Of a stretch of DNA of 64,000 nt, positions 42,656 to 56,239 are shown piece by piece; the first letter of the stretch is position 1; each line of letters begins with the position of its first letter. This DNA comes from Octopus vulgaris (lineage: Eukaryota). Below the pieces are notes generated by a model. It did no database searches. It had not been told where the DNA came from and saw only the letters and a program-made list of their open reading frames with translations. Position numbers and translations under genes: made by a program. The stretch is taken from the NCBI GenBank assembly GCA_951406725.2, contig OX597839.1, positions 39,494,001-39,558,000 of the forward strand, in the 5' to 3' direction.

Positions 42656-43074
42656 TACACCCTGAGTGAGATATAGTCAAATGCACACATCCATATACAT
42701 CTATAGACAGAAGTGTCTATATACACCCAAAAGTGCACAGGTAGTCAGACACACAGACAGACGCTCTTAATATTCCAGCTGTTACTTGCTCGTTTATTCA
42801 TCTTAATTGTTACATGTAAAATTACCGATGCATATCAACAGAATGTGATTGTGCATTATCACTGCGAAATGTGCACATTTAGATATGGAGATTGTGCAGC
42901 GAGATAATGAAGAGATAAAGTATACGAGAGTGAGCCATTGCAATCGGAGGTGAAACACAAGTGATGGGATAGTGGCTAGAGGCTAAAGTCATCACAGAAA
43001 TGGTTGAGCAATTAAGAAAATCTTAATGAGATATGTAAACACATGATGTGTGCAGAGAAGCGTTAAACCATTTT

Positions 43075-43558
43075 CGAAGTGTTAACCCATTTTGGGAGTG
43101 TTAGCCCATTTTGGGAGTGTTAAACCCTTCGGGAAGTGTTAACCTATTTTCAGAGTGTTTACCCTTTTGGGGAGTGTTAGCCCCTTTGGGGAGTGTTAGC
43201 CCCTTTGGGGGAGTGTTAGCCCATTTTCGGAGTGTTAACCCCTTTGGGGGAGTGTTAGCCCATTTTGGGAGTGTTAACCCCTTTGGGGAGTGTTAACCCA
43301 TTTTCGGAGTGTTATCCCTCTTTGGGGAGTGTTAGCCCATTTTCGGAGTGTTAGCCCTTTTGGGGAGTGTTATCCCATTTTGGGAGTGTTAACCCATTTG
43401 GGGAGTGTTAACCATTTTCGGAGTGTTAACCCCTTTGGGGAGTTTTACCCCATTTTGGGGAGTGTTAACCCCTTTGGTATCCATATTTCAGTTGAAATAC
43501 CATGCTTTCGGAGTGTTAACCCATTTTGGATTTCGGAGTGTTAACCCATTTTGGAAGT
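43075..43558. repeat. Minisatellite, ~20-21-bp unit GGAGTGTTA(A/G)CCC(A/C)TTTT(G/C)G, about 20 copies
   Basis: Direct inspection. Confidence 0.95.
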
Positions 43559-43739
43559 GCTTACTCTTTATATTCCAGTCATTAGGCATTGCTTTGAAGA
43601 ATTTTACTCGAATGAATCAACCCCGTTAATCGTTTTTTTCCAGTGGGGTGGTGTCATTTGAAGGCTAAAACAATGCAAAGCGCATTGTAACCAGCGATGT
43701 GTAGTAACATCTGATAGCCTGGTCAGTCACAGTGATATA

Positions 43740-44078
43740 CTCTTTTACTCTTTTACTCTTTTACTTGTTTCAGTCATTTGACTGCAGCCATGCTGGAGCA
43801 CCGCCTTTTAGTTGAACAAATCGACCCCGGGACTTATTCTTTGTAAGCCCAGTACTTATTCTATCAGTCTCTTTTGCCAAACCACTAAGTGACGGGGACG
43901 TCAACAAACCAGCATCGTTTGTCAAGCAATGCTAGGGGGACAAACACAGATACACAAACACACACATACATATATATATATATACATATATACGACAGGC
44001 TTCTTTCAGTTTCTGTCTACTAAATCCACTCACAAGGCTTGGTTGGCCCGGGGCTATAGCAGAAGACACTTGCCCAAG

Positions 44079-44083
<5 letters not shown>
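43740..44083 (-). mobile_element. SINE family A, 5'-truncated, CpG-decayed
   Basis: Family A motifs with many CG>CA/TG changes. Confidence 0.88.
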
Positions 44084-44117
<34 letters not shown>

Positions 44118-45380
44118 CAGTTGAGTATCCCATTGTTGCCAGGTAATTTTCACAAAAGAATGCCTCGGCAGACTTTTGGTATAGCACATCTTCATAAGTT
44201 GGATTTCCTGTTTTGAGGGGGTTATTTCGAACTTTGTTTACACTATGACTTTGCAAATAATGGTGGTGGTCGTGGTGGTGGTAGGGAGGGAGAAGCTTTT
44301 TGTGATAAAATATTTTTGAGAATTTTACGAATCCTTCCCCCACCCCTGTACTCCACCTGGACTAATTTTGTCCAATCTTTTGTTTTTGCTCCACATACTT
44401 AAAAACAATGGGAAACATGTTTTTGGTAAAGAAAGACAAAAAAAATTTGAAAATTTATGAATTCGCCCCACCCACCCCCGCCCCCCAGCTCCCACATTCA
44501 TTACCAATTTTGGCCATTGTTTTTTTTTGTTTTTTGCACTACATACTTAAAAATGATTGGAAAAGCCTTAAAGGTTAAAAACAAAAAATTCTGAAATCAG
44601 AGATCACCAATTACAATTCTCCACTTCCATTATTTTCAAACAGAAAATGGAGTGTAATTTAAAAACAATAGTGAAATTTAAAAAAAAATAATTTCATTAA
44701 CCCTGCTCCTCCATAAATTAAAAATTTTAGGCTTTTTTCTACATTGATTTTAATCATAGTTTTAAAATACGGCCAGTCTGAATCTACAATTTGTTTCAGT
44801 CTATAATTTCAAAATAATTTTCAGACAAAAAGCTGTGTGGTTTAAGGGAGATTTAGTTGTCATTTGTAACACATCCCACGACCACCTGGTACCTTCCTCG
44901 TTTCATTGTCACTCTGACGTATATTGACATTTTCAAATATTTCCCCCACCCATAAACACATTTTAAGAAATAATGATGAGGTGGTCCTTTGCTGAGATTG
45001 AAGTAACAACAAAAAAATTTGTAATTTAACTCTTTAACCACCGTCTGCACCACGCTATGTGGTGTGTCTGTGTAAGAAAAAAACATATTTACTAGCAGAA
45101 AAGTATGGTATTACAATAAATTATCTTTTACATACCTTTTTTTAAATAATTCTGCTCAAGAACAAAATGTGTCGCCCAGTCCAGGAACTGAAACCACAAT
45201 CTTACGATCATGAGTCCAACACCTTAATCTCTATGCCACATGCCTCCATTGTTTATGGATGTGATTGTCTTTGGGACACAGATATCAAAAATCAAATTCA
45301 ATTTTCTCCTGGATGCACCATTTCAGAGCCTTTTGGGGTTAAACACACATGCATAACCACAAACACTCACATTTATATGG

Positions 45381-45411
<31 letters not shown>

Positions 45412-45516
45412 TTTTGTGTATCTTCTTGTCTTGATATAATGTAATGGTAGTAAACAAGCATCACTGTCATACCAGCAGGGTGGTTTGTTTCCAGTCTTCC
45501 AAGAAAAACATGTCTA

Positions 45517-46252
45517 TCAACCAAGAGAATACCCTCCATCAGGCATTTGCCATATCCTGAACGCCTTACTTCCCTGGGCATGGACACATTGAAACTCCGA
45601 CGTCTGGCAGCTGATTTGGCAGATACCCATAAAATTATTAACCATCTTACAAACAATAACTCTGAGCACCTTTTCAAACTCCACCTGTCTAACACCTGTG
45701 GAGATATTTACAGAGTCAGAAAACAGCACAGTTCCCATGACTTTAGGAAACATTTTTTCACGCTGAGAGTTGCTGAAGCATGGAACAAACTGCCGGCATC
45801 AGTTGTTAGTTGTCGGAGCACTGCATCCTTCAAAACTTCCATGCTTCCTGAGAGATTCGCCAACACTACACCTGATCTTTTCCCCCCTCCATACACAAAC
45901 GCAAACATGTATCTGCCATTCAAGAATTTGAACCCTGGAGATCTCCATTTCCAGCGACTTCGAGGGCCACCTCCCAGTGGTGTCGGGTGTCAACGAAGAG
46001 CCTTCGATTACAACAAGACGACCAAAGCATTTTTTTCTCCATGGTCTGGGGTCTCCTGCCCCTAATCCCTAGACCATCACCTGAACAACCTTACCCGTCT
46101 TGTTGCTTGACAACAACAACAATGACAACAGCATGTATCTGACTCATATACTGTTCGCTTTCCAGACATTTGCACATTACTGCATATGCTTTATATGCAC
46201 TTTTGACAAGTTGTGGTGCACCTGAGCACTGTATACAATAATTTCCTTATTA
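45517..46252 (+). mobile_element. CR1/L2-type LINE 3' fragment (ORF2 C-terminus plus 3' UTR), interrupted by an insertion
   Basis: LPYPERLTSLGMDTLKLRRLAADL…RKHFFTLRVAEAWNKLPASVV…SFK matches the typical CR1-clade ORF2 C-terminus. Confidence 0.85.
45916..46131 (+). mobile_element. Nested retroposon fragment with (CAA)n tail and 10-bp TSD
   Basis: CATGTATCTG at 45906-45915 and 46132-46141. Confidence 0.7.
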
Positions 46253-46384
46253 TCTATTAACTATGAAAGAAAAATTTACCTTATTTGGAGGAGAAGACAA
46301 GCCAGAGCTGGCAACAAGATGAGCATTTGGTCAAAGAAAAAAAATCTGCTCTTAACAAATGAATAACTCAATGGGAAAACAACA

Positions 46385-46391
46385 ATGATGA

Positions 46392-46422
<31 letters not shown>

Positions 46423-46503
46423 GATGTTGATGACAGTGATGATGATAATGATGATGATGATGATGATGACGACGATGATGATGACGACGATGATGATGAT
46501 GGC

Positions 46504-46553
<50 letters not shown>

Positions 46554-46603
46554 CGACGATGATGATGACGACGACGACGATGATGATGGTGATGATGATG
46601 ATG
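46385..46603. repeat. (GAT)n microsatellite
   Basis: Direct inspection. Confidence 0.97.
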
Positions 46604-46726
46604 ACATGCAAAAGCTGTTCTGTTGCTTTTTATGTTTATTTATGATGCTTTTGTAAATGGTGTTAGCACATGTGTCACCATTTAACATGTGGCAATGCCT
46701 ACAAAGCAAATTTTGACAGCAACACC

Positions 46727-46760
<34 letters not shown>

Positions 46761-47067
46761 AGTTTCTATGGCTACATAAGTAATATAGGTTTGCCACTAG
46801 ACATAAGAATTCTTATATATATATATATATATATATATAGTTATATATATATAGTTATATGTGTGTGTATGTGCCCCAGCATGGCCACGGCTCATAAGCT
46901 GAAACTAGTTCAATTTAATATACACACACTTATATATGAATATATATATATGCATATACATCCATATATATGTATACACATGCACACATATATATATATA
47001 AACACACACATAGATATACATGCACAAAATGCATATGAATGCATATATATTAATATATACATGCATA

Positions 47068-47106
<39 letters not shown>

Positions 47107-47194
47107 ATATATATATATATATATATACATGCACATATATACATAATATTGACTCACACTTGCACAAACACACATTATATGTATTTATGTGTGC

Positions 47195-47334
<140 letters not shown>

Positions 47335-47692
47335 TATGTATATGCATGCAGGTATGCCTAGGTAACGACAGGTGTCTCTGTGTATATAAAGGCTAATCGT
47401 TTCAGTTTAAATACCTGGTGTGTAGAGTCAGGTGTGTTTATTGACCAAATGAGCTTCAAGCATAAAACTAATCAATGTACATCTGTGACCAGGATATATA
47501 TGATACATACGTTTATACTGAAGTACATATATGCATGCATATGCATACACTTACATAAATAGATACGTACATATACATATGTACAGATGTACAATTATAT
47601 ACACACACACTCATACATGCACATATATACATTACACAGGTATAATTGTCAACACACATACAAATACGCACACACACACACGTGTCTGCATA

Positions 47693-48088
47693 CTCTTTTA
47701 CTCTTTTACTTGTTTCAGTCATTTGACTGCAGCCATGCTGGAGCACCGCCTTTAATCGAGCAAATCAACCTCAGGACTTATTCTTTGTAAGCCCAGTACT
47801 TATTCTATTGGTCTCTTTTGCCGAACCGCTAAGTGACGGGGACATAAACACACCAGCATCGGTTGTCAAGCAATGCTAGGGGGACAAACACAGACACACA
47901 CACGCATATATATATATGCATATATATATACATATATACGACGGGCTTCTTTCAGTTTCCGTCTACCAAATCCACTCACAACGCTTTGGTCGGTCTGAGG
48001 CTATAGCAGAAGACACTTGTCCAAGATGTCATGCAGTGGACTGAACCCGGAACCATGTGGTTAGTAAGCAAGCTACTTACCACACAGC

Positions 48089-48090
<2 letters not shown>
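47693..48090 (-). mobile_element. SINE family A, near full length
   Basis: Family A tail to head on the minus strand. Confidence 0.9.
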
Positions 48091-48153
<63 letters not shown>

Positions 48154-48399
48154 AATGTATGTATATTTTTTCAATGTTATGAATAACGAATGAAAAATGA
48201 AAAAATAAATAGTTACCATGGTAAAAAAAATTCTCAGAAGTGCCAAAGATATTACAGACCACGTATAAAAGCAAAGCAGAAATCCCAGAATTAAGTGATA
48301 TTTGACTCCATTTTTTAATTTCATATCCTTAATTTTGCACATGTGCACTGTTTGTTTTTTATTTTGTCCACTACACAGTATAGTAGGGTCAGTTGGGTA

Positions 48400-49145
48400 C
48401 CATCTGTGAGAAAAACTGCATCATGACATAATTCACTCTGCCAGAAAGTTGGAAATGACATAATGTCCTGCTTGGTATTTGTGCCAGAAGCTCCAATACA
48501 AACATTACAGAGTGTTTGAATGTCAATCTGAGGACATGTACTGAGAGTGATAAAAATCAAACATCCAGTCAACATCACTAGTGATAGCAACGTTATGCCT
48601 CCATTCATCTCCCCACATGGCCTCAGACTCAACATGGAGGCCTTCATCAAGTGCTGGGAGGAGGTAGTGCTACCCTAGGTCAAGAGGGTGGCAGCTAGAA
48701 AACCCTGTGTCTGGCAACAGGACTCTGCACCATGTCACACAAGCAGGAGAACCCAGTCATGGCTGTCAAACAATTTCTGCAACCACACCATCCCTAACAT
48801 CTGGCCACCTAACTCTCTACACTGCAAATCCCTTGATTATTATGGGTGGGGCACAGTTGAACAAAAGACCACCAAAACTTCTTGTAACACCAAAGATGAA
48901 CTGAAGGCAAGGAATATGACAGCATTCACCAACTTAAACAAGGAGACCACCCAGAAGAGTTGCAGCAGATTCCGAAGTCATCTGGAGGCCGTGGTTGAAG
49001 CCAATGGCGATTTTATTGAATACATTTACTCTTTAGTATTTCAAGATATTTTTTATGTAATTTTGGTAAATATCTGTTAAAATGAGATGTCAGTGTTATT
49101 TTCATTTTTGCGTAATTTTGATGACATTTTATTCACTACACCCTG
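48400..49145 (+). pseudogene. Decayed Tc1/mariner DD37D (maT-type) transposase with right terminus
   Basis: KHPVNI…VMPPFI.PHGLRLN…EEVVLP*VKRVAA…WQQDSAPCH…WPPNS…LDYY; 37 residues between the 2nd and 3rd Asp; in-frame stop; ends …TTCACTACACCCTG. Confidence 0.9.
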
Positions 49146-49149
49146 TGTT

Positions 49150-49413
<264 letters not shown>

Positions 49414-49851
49414 TCAAACATGTTTCTACACACATATACATAGATACCCTTTCAACACGTGTATATAGAAACATTAACATACACATAGACATACACACCT
49501 ACACACATATATATGCACACCCACATTCATACACACACACATACACACCCATAATCAGGTACAGCTGTTACTTAATAACCCAAACACACAAGAAAGCCAA
49601 ATTGACTTTGCACTTAGACATTGTGTCTGTCACCGTCTTATTTCTCATATGTTGCTGCTTCTCCCCACCCCACCCCACCTTTCTTTCTTTTACACATATC
49701 TTTATTGTTCTCTCTTTCTCACTCCCCACTTCACAATTTCCTTCTCTCTCTCCCTCCCTCTTATACTCTCTATTTCGGTATCTGTCTTTCTCACACAATC
49801 TGTTTCTCACAGCTTAAAGCATTTGATATAATTAAGGTTTTCCATGGTATA

Positions 49852-49910
<59 letters not shown>

Positions 49911-49915
49911 ATATA

Positions 49916-50322
49916 TAGGCGTAGGAGTGGCTGTGTGGTAAGTAGCTTGCTTACCAACCACATGGTTCCAGGTTCAGTCCCACTGTGTGACACCTTGGGC
50001 ATGTGTCTTCTACTATAGCCTCGGGCCGACCAAAGCCTTGTGGGTGGATTTGGTAGATGGAAACTGAAAGAAGCCCGCCATATATATGTATATATATATA
50101 TATGTATGTGCGTGTATATGTTTGTGTGTCTGTGTTTGTCCCCACTAACATCGCTTGACAACTGATGCTGGTGTGTTTATGTCGCCATAACTTAATGTTT
50201 CAGCGAAAGAGACCAATAGAATAAGTACTGGGCTTACAAAGAATAAGTCCTTGTGTCTATTTGTTTGACTAAAGGCAGTGCTCCACCATGGCCACAGTCA
50301 AATGACTGAAACAAGTAAAGAG
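49916..50322 (+). mobile_element. SINE family A, full length, heavily CpG-decayed
   Basis: Head GGAGTGGCTGTGTGGTAAG through tail GAAACAAGTAAAGAG. Confidence 0.9.
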
Positions 50323-50357
<35 letters not shown>

Positions 50358-50629
50358 CCAATAAGCTCCCCCACAGTGTCTGTCTACTAAATTCACTCAT
50401 ATGCCATAGGTTGGCCCCAGGCTATAGCAAAAGTTACTTGCTAACCAAGGTACCACACAGAAGGACTGAACCTGAATCCACATGGCTGGAAAGTAATCTT
50501 CTTAACCACTCAGCCACGTCTACACCTAACATGAACTCATGGTTTAAGGATTATGTAATAAAAGAGCTTCTTTGTTACCGTGTAAGATGCTCCCTGTAAT
50601 GGTATGGTACCACTGCAGAGCAAACAGTA

Positions 50630-51952
50630 TTAGTCATTGGTCAGTAGCTGATGCTCACCACTGGCTATCGTTGGTCAGTGTTGGTTAGTATTATTGGTGC
50701 GTCAATGCTGTTAGGTGTTGGTCAAAGTTGGTTATTGTTGGTCTGTGATGGCTAAAGTCGGTCAGTGGTACTTGGTGTTGTGTACATCACTGCTGGTCAC
50801 TTTTACTCAATTTGTCAGTGTTAGCTGGGGTCGGTCAAAACTAGTCAGGTTCGGTCAGTTCGTCAATGTTGGATGCAGTTGATCAGAGCTAGTTATTTTA
50901 GCTTTTTACTCTTTTACTTGTTTCAGTCATTTGACTGTGGCCATGCTGGAGCACCGCCTTTACTTGAGCTCATCGACCCCGGGACTTATTCTTTGTAAGC
51001 CCAGTACTTATTCTATCAGTCTCTTTTGCCGAACCGCTAAGTGACGGGGACGTAAACACACCAGCATCGGTTAAGATGCCACGCAGTGGGACTGAACCCG
51101 GAACCATGTGGTTGGTAAGCAAGCTACTTACCACACAGCCACTCCTGCGCCTATGTACTGGTCAGCATTTGTCAATTTGTCAATGTTGGTTGGTTTTGGT
51201 CAGTGCTGGCTATTGTTGATCAAAGTTGGTCAGTTTTGGTTGGTGTCGGTGGGTTAGCATTGGCCAGTTTTTCAATGTTAGTCAATACTTGCCAGTGTTA
51301 GTTATTGCTGGTCAGTCTGATTGTGTTGGTTATTGCTGGTTAGTCTGATCATGCTGGTCAGCATTGGTATTATAGGTCAGTACTGGTCAACATCTGTCAG
51401 TTAGTCAGTGTTGGTTGGTGTTGGCCAGCACTGGTTATTGTTAGTCAGTACTGGTCAGTGTTGGTCAATTTGTCAATTTTGGTTGATGTTGGTCAGAACT
51501 GGTTACTGGTCAGTTTGTCAGTATTGATTGGCACTGATGAAAGGTGGTCATTGCTTGTCAGTACTGGTCAGTGTTACCCAGTGGTGGCTGGTGTAGGTTA
51601 GAGTCAGTTATGGTTTGTCAGTACTGGTCAGTCTTCAATATTTTGTCAATGTTAGTTGGTTTTGCCAGTGCTGGCTACTGTAGGTCAGTACTGGCTATTA
51701 TTTGTTTTTGTCAATTTTGATTGGTGTTGGTCAGAGCTGGTTATCAGTCAGTTTGTCAGTATTGACTGGTCTTTGCCAAAGGTAGTAATTGCTGGTCAGC
51801 ACCGGTCATTGTTACCCAGTAGTGGCAAGTGCTGGTTAAACCCAGTTATGGCTGGTCAGTAATGGTCAGCGTTGTTGAAAGTAGATCACTGCTGGTCAGT
51901 GTTGGTGACTGTTGACCAATCGTAATTTCACTGCTGGTTCAAGTTGGTCATT
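50630..51952. repeat. Degenerate GGTCAGT(GTT)-based satellite, interrupted by a SINE
   Basis: Dozens of GGTCAG/TGTCA(A/G)T motifs at ~9-11-bp spacing. Confidence 0.85.
50903..51153 (-). mobile_element. SINE family A with internal deletion
   Basis: Junction CCAGCATCGGTT|AAGATGCCACGCAG removes the central microsatellite region. Confidence 0.88.
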
Positions 51953-52054
51953 GGCACATAGAATGCTGTTGATATGTATATACATCCGCATGTACTGCCC
52001 CGTAGCTTAATTAGTTTTCTTCAGACTAATGAACGAATTAATTTGGTGTAATTA

Positions 52055-52080
52055 ACTTACCTGCAAATACAAGAGATACA
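52055..52080 (-). other. Candidate recursive splice site (ratchet point) CAG|GTAAGT
   Basis: Minus strand TGTATCTCTTGTATTTGCAG|GTAAGT; branch-like CACTAAT ~50 nt upstream. Confidence 0.45.
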
Positions 52081-52138
52081 ATATTATACACACATACATC
52101 ATCATACATATTAGTGTGTTTGTGTGTGTATGTGTGTG

Positions 52139-52180
<42 letters not shown>

Positions 52181-52320
52181 TATGTACATAAACATACATG
52201 TATTTATGTGTGTGAATATATAGATAATAAACTTGAATAGGCATATACATACACATATAAAGTAATGCATAGAAGACATGTACAAACATACATACACACA
52301 CATGTACACCCATATATATA

Positions 52321-52386
<66 letters not shown>

Positions 52387-52675
52387 CGAATTCACGTACA
52401 CATAAGTATGTACACACACATATATATGTGTGTGTGTGAATTTGTAGGTGACAAGAATGGGGTGGGGAGGGACTGGTCTTCTCAAGTGGCACAACTGTCA
52501 TAACCACTAGTACCATCATCATCATCATTATCATCATCATCATCATCATCACCATGATCACCATTGCCAACGTCATTGCCACCTACTTCCTCAACATGGT
52601 CTTTGCTAGACTCTCTGACATAACCTGCAACCCCCACTACTACTACTACTACTACCACTGTTGCTGCTGCTGCTG

Positions 52676-52709
<34 letters not shown>

Positions 52710-52898
52710 CACCACCACCTTGACCATCTCTGTCATATTAAAACAATGCACCTCTCCTCTCACCTAACATTTCAACCTCTGACCCTAACCCACTGCTCAA
52801 CAGGACAAACATTTAGCAGATGAATGGCAATTGTATACAGATGTATATACACACAAACAACCATATACATATAAACATATGCATTATATATATATGTA

Positions 52899-52932
<34 letters not shown>

Positions 52933-52969
52933 CACACACATATAAACATATACATTATATATATATGTA

Positions 52970-53011
<42 letters not shown>

Positions 53012-53498
53012 TAAATTATACATAATACACAGACACACAAATTATATATAAATACACAGATGCACAAACACACACACACACACACATACATATGTATATT
53101 GTATATGTTCATATAATATGCACATATCATACATATATATTGTCAATAATATTGTATATATGTACATATACATATATATTATATATACATATATAATATA
53201 TATACATATATATATACAAACATATGCATATTATATATACGTATATAAGCACACACACATACATATATATTTGTACATATGCATATGTATATATTCGTGT
53301 ATATATATATATGACCATATATCTATGTATCCATATATGCATATATGCATATATGCATATGCACATACACACACACACATATATGCACATACACACACAC
53401 ACAAACCACATGCATATACAATCACATACACATATGCACACATACATATGCACACATACACACATGCATGTGCAACACATATGCAGACACACGCACAT

Positions 53499-53572
<74 letters not shown>

Positions 53573-53883
53573 ATGTAATCTTATCCATATCGAATTAATT
53601 CCATGTCGTATCAGAATTTCACAGATAATTCAATCATATCCACTCGTTAATTAGATTCTGTGTTGTAGCATGTCAGGTGTATTTGCTTACGTATTTAATT
53701 AAAAATATTTGATGAAGTAGCATTTGCCAGAAATCTCATTTACTGCTATGGACTAAAATGATTAAGTCTCCGAAATCCCGTTAGAAATAGCAGCTAAATC
53801 GCTCTTAAATTGCACCTTGTACTATTATTGAATTGAAAAGAGACAGACATATTAAAATGTGATGTTTAGCATACATACGATAT

Positions 53884-54294
53884 ACTCTTTTACTCTTTTA
53901 CTTGTTTCAGTCATTTGACTGCGGCCATGCTGGAGCACCACCTTTCGTCGAGCAAATCGACCCCAGGACTTATTCTTTGTAAGCCTAGTACTTATTCTAT
54001 CGGTCTCTTTTGCTGAACCGCTTAAGTTACGGGGACATGAACACACCAGCATCGGTTGTTGAGCGATGTTGGGGGGAGCAAACACAGACACACAAACACA
54101 CACACACATATATATATATATACATATACACGACAGGCTTCTTTCAGTTTCCATCTCCCAAATCCACTCACAACGCTTTGGTCGGCCCGAGGCTATAGTA
54201 GAAGACACTTGCCCAAGGTGCCACACAGTGGGACTGAACCCGGAACCATGTGGTTAGTAAACAAGCTACTTACCACACAGCCACTCCTGCACCT
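53884..54294 (-). mobile_element. SINE family A, full length
   Basis: Family A tail to head. Confidence 0.9.
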
Positions 54295-54339
54295 ACAATA
54301 TGTATATAACATACATATATACATGTATACATAAAAGGT

Positions 54340-54715
54340 AAAGACCCCTTTCAGTCATGAATGACCTTGGGATTGAACCTAGAAAGTTACCCTTTGTGGC
54401 TCAAGTCTGGGAAAAGTTGTTTATGGAAGACCAGCAGTCACCCATGCATATCAGTCTCACCTCTCCACATCAATGAATGTACATAAGGTAAAGGGTTAAG
54501 ACCCCCTTCAGTCATGAATGACCATGGGATTGCACCTAGAAAGTTCCCCTCTGAGGCACAAGGCCTGAAATTTATAGGGAGTGGCTAAGTCGATCACATG
54601 GACCCCAGTATTTGACTGGTACTTAATTTATTGACCCTTAAAGGATGAAAGGCAAAGTCGACCTAGGTGGAATATGGACTCAGAACTTGCCACTGTAATA
54701 ATAATAATAATAATG

Positions 54716-54758
<43 letters not shown>

Positions 54759-55053
54759 TAATAATAACAATAATCCTTTCTACTATATGCACAAATATGT
54801 ATTTCATATATGTATTTCATTGTGCACACTTACTTGAGTATATATATATTCTCCGATTTAAAGGGACATTTTTTGAATATAAAAAAATGACTGAAAAATG
54901 ATGAGCTAACCCTAGTCAGAATCGAACCTACATATCAACACTTACACAACTCCATGCACATCCGATAGTAGTTTTTCTCCATACCTTACAAAGTATCTTT
55001 CTGGTTTGTATACAATATATTATATGTAGCATTAGACAGTTTAAGTATATATT

Positions 55054-55092
<39 letters not shown>

Positions 55093-55470
55093 GACCCCTT
55101 TTAAGTCATGAATGACCTTGGGATTGAACCTAGAAAGTTACCCTTTGTGGCTCAAGTCTAGGAAAAGTTGTTTATGGAAGACCAGCAGTCACCCATGCAT
55201 ATCAGTCTCACCTCTCCACACCAATGAATGTACATACATAAGGTAAAGGGTTAAGACCCCCTTCAGTCATGAATGACCATGGGATTGCACCTAGAAAGTT
55301 CCCCTCTGAGGCACAAGGCCTGAAATTTATAGGGAGTGGCTAAGTCGATCACATGGACCCCAGTATTTGACTGGTACTTAATTTATTGACCCTTAAAGGA
55401 TGAAAGGCAAAGTCGACCTAGGTGGAATATGGACTCAGAACTTGCCACTGTAATAATAATAATAATAATG

Positions 55471-55507
<37 letters not shown>

Positions 55508-55800
55508 TAATAATAATAATAACAATAATCCTTTCTACTATATGCACAAATATGTATTTCATATATGTATTTCATTGTGCACACTTACTTGAGTATATAC
55601 TCCGATTTAAAGGGACATTTTTTGAATATAAAAAAATGACTGAAAAATGATGAGCTAACCCTAGTCAGAATTGAACCTACATATCAACACTTACACAACT
55701 CCATGCACATCCGATAGTAGTTTTTCTCCATACCTTACAAAGTCTTTCTGGTTTGTATACAATATATTATATGTAGCATTAGACAGTTTAAGTATATATT

Positions 55801-55857
<57 letters not shown>
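54340..55857. repeat. Tandem duplication of a ~755-bp unit containing retroposon tail fragments, SINE B, (AAT)n and (TA)n
   Basis: Near-identical units starting at ~54341 and ~55091; matching ORFs at 54674 and 55429. Confidence 0.93.
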
Positions 55858-55859
<2 letters not shown>

Positions 55860-55962
55860 TTATATCAATAATAAAAGAATAAAATTAATTAATTATTAAT
55901 TAATAATTTTACCAAGTAGTGTTCAGTATGTAAAAAGACCATTTATGGTATATTTAAAACAT

Positions 55963-56239
55963 TACGTTATATAATTAGGGTTCAGTAAAATAATTTACTT
56001 TACCACACACCAAACTTTGAGAAATAGCAGCCAAAAAATCTTAGCTATTTCTTCTACTATAAGAAAAATCTCCCAGACAATGTATACTCAAAAATAATAT
56101 GAATTATTTTTGAGTATACATTGTCTGGGAGATTTTTCTTATAGTAGAAGAAATAGCTAAGATTTTTTTGGCTGCTATTTCTAAAAGTTCGGTGTGTGGT
56201 AAAGTAAATTATTTTACTGAACTCTAATTGTATAATGTA
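55963..56239. repeat. Near-perfect long palindrome (~136-bp arms, 4-nt loop)
   Basis: …CCCAGACAATGTATACTCAAAAATAAT-ATGA-ATTATTTTTGAGTATACATTGTCTGGG…; about 5 substitutions and 1 indel. Confidence 0.95.

Noticed and set aside
43075-43558. CRISPR-like regular repeats (also 57549-58265)
   Set aside because: No unique spacers, no cas genes, eukaryotic context; these are ordinary tandem repeats.
48688-49080. Functional transposase gene
   Set aside because: In-frame stop just upstream, degraded first catalytic motif and no N-terminal DNA-binding region; reported as a remnant.
52482-52624. Possible terminal exon GYVRESSKDHVEE…GYDSCAT* on the minus strand
   Set aside because: The acceptor has no polypyrimidine tract and half of the sequence is (GAT)n.
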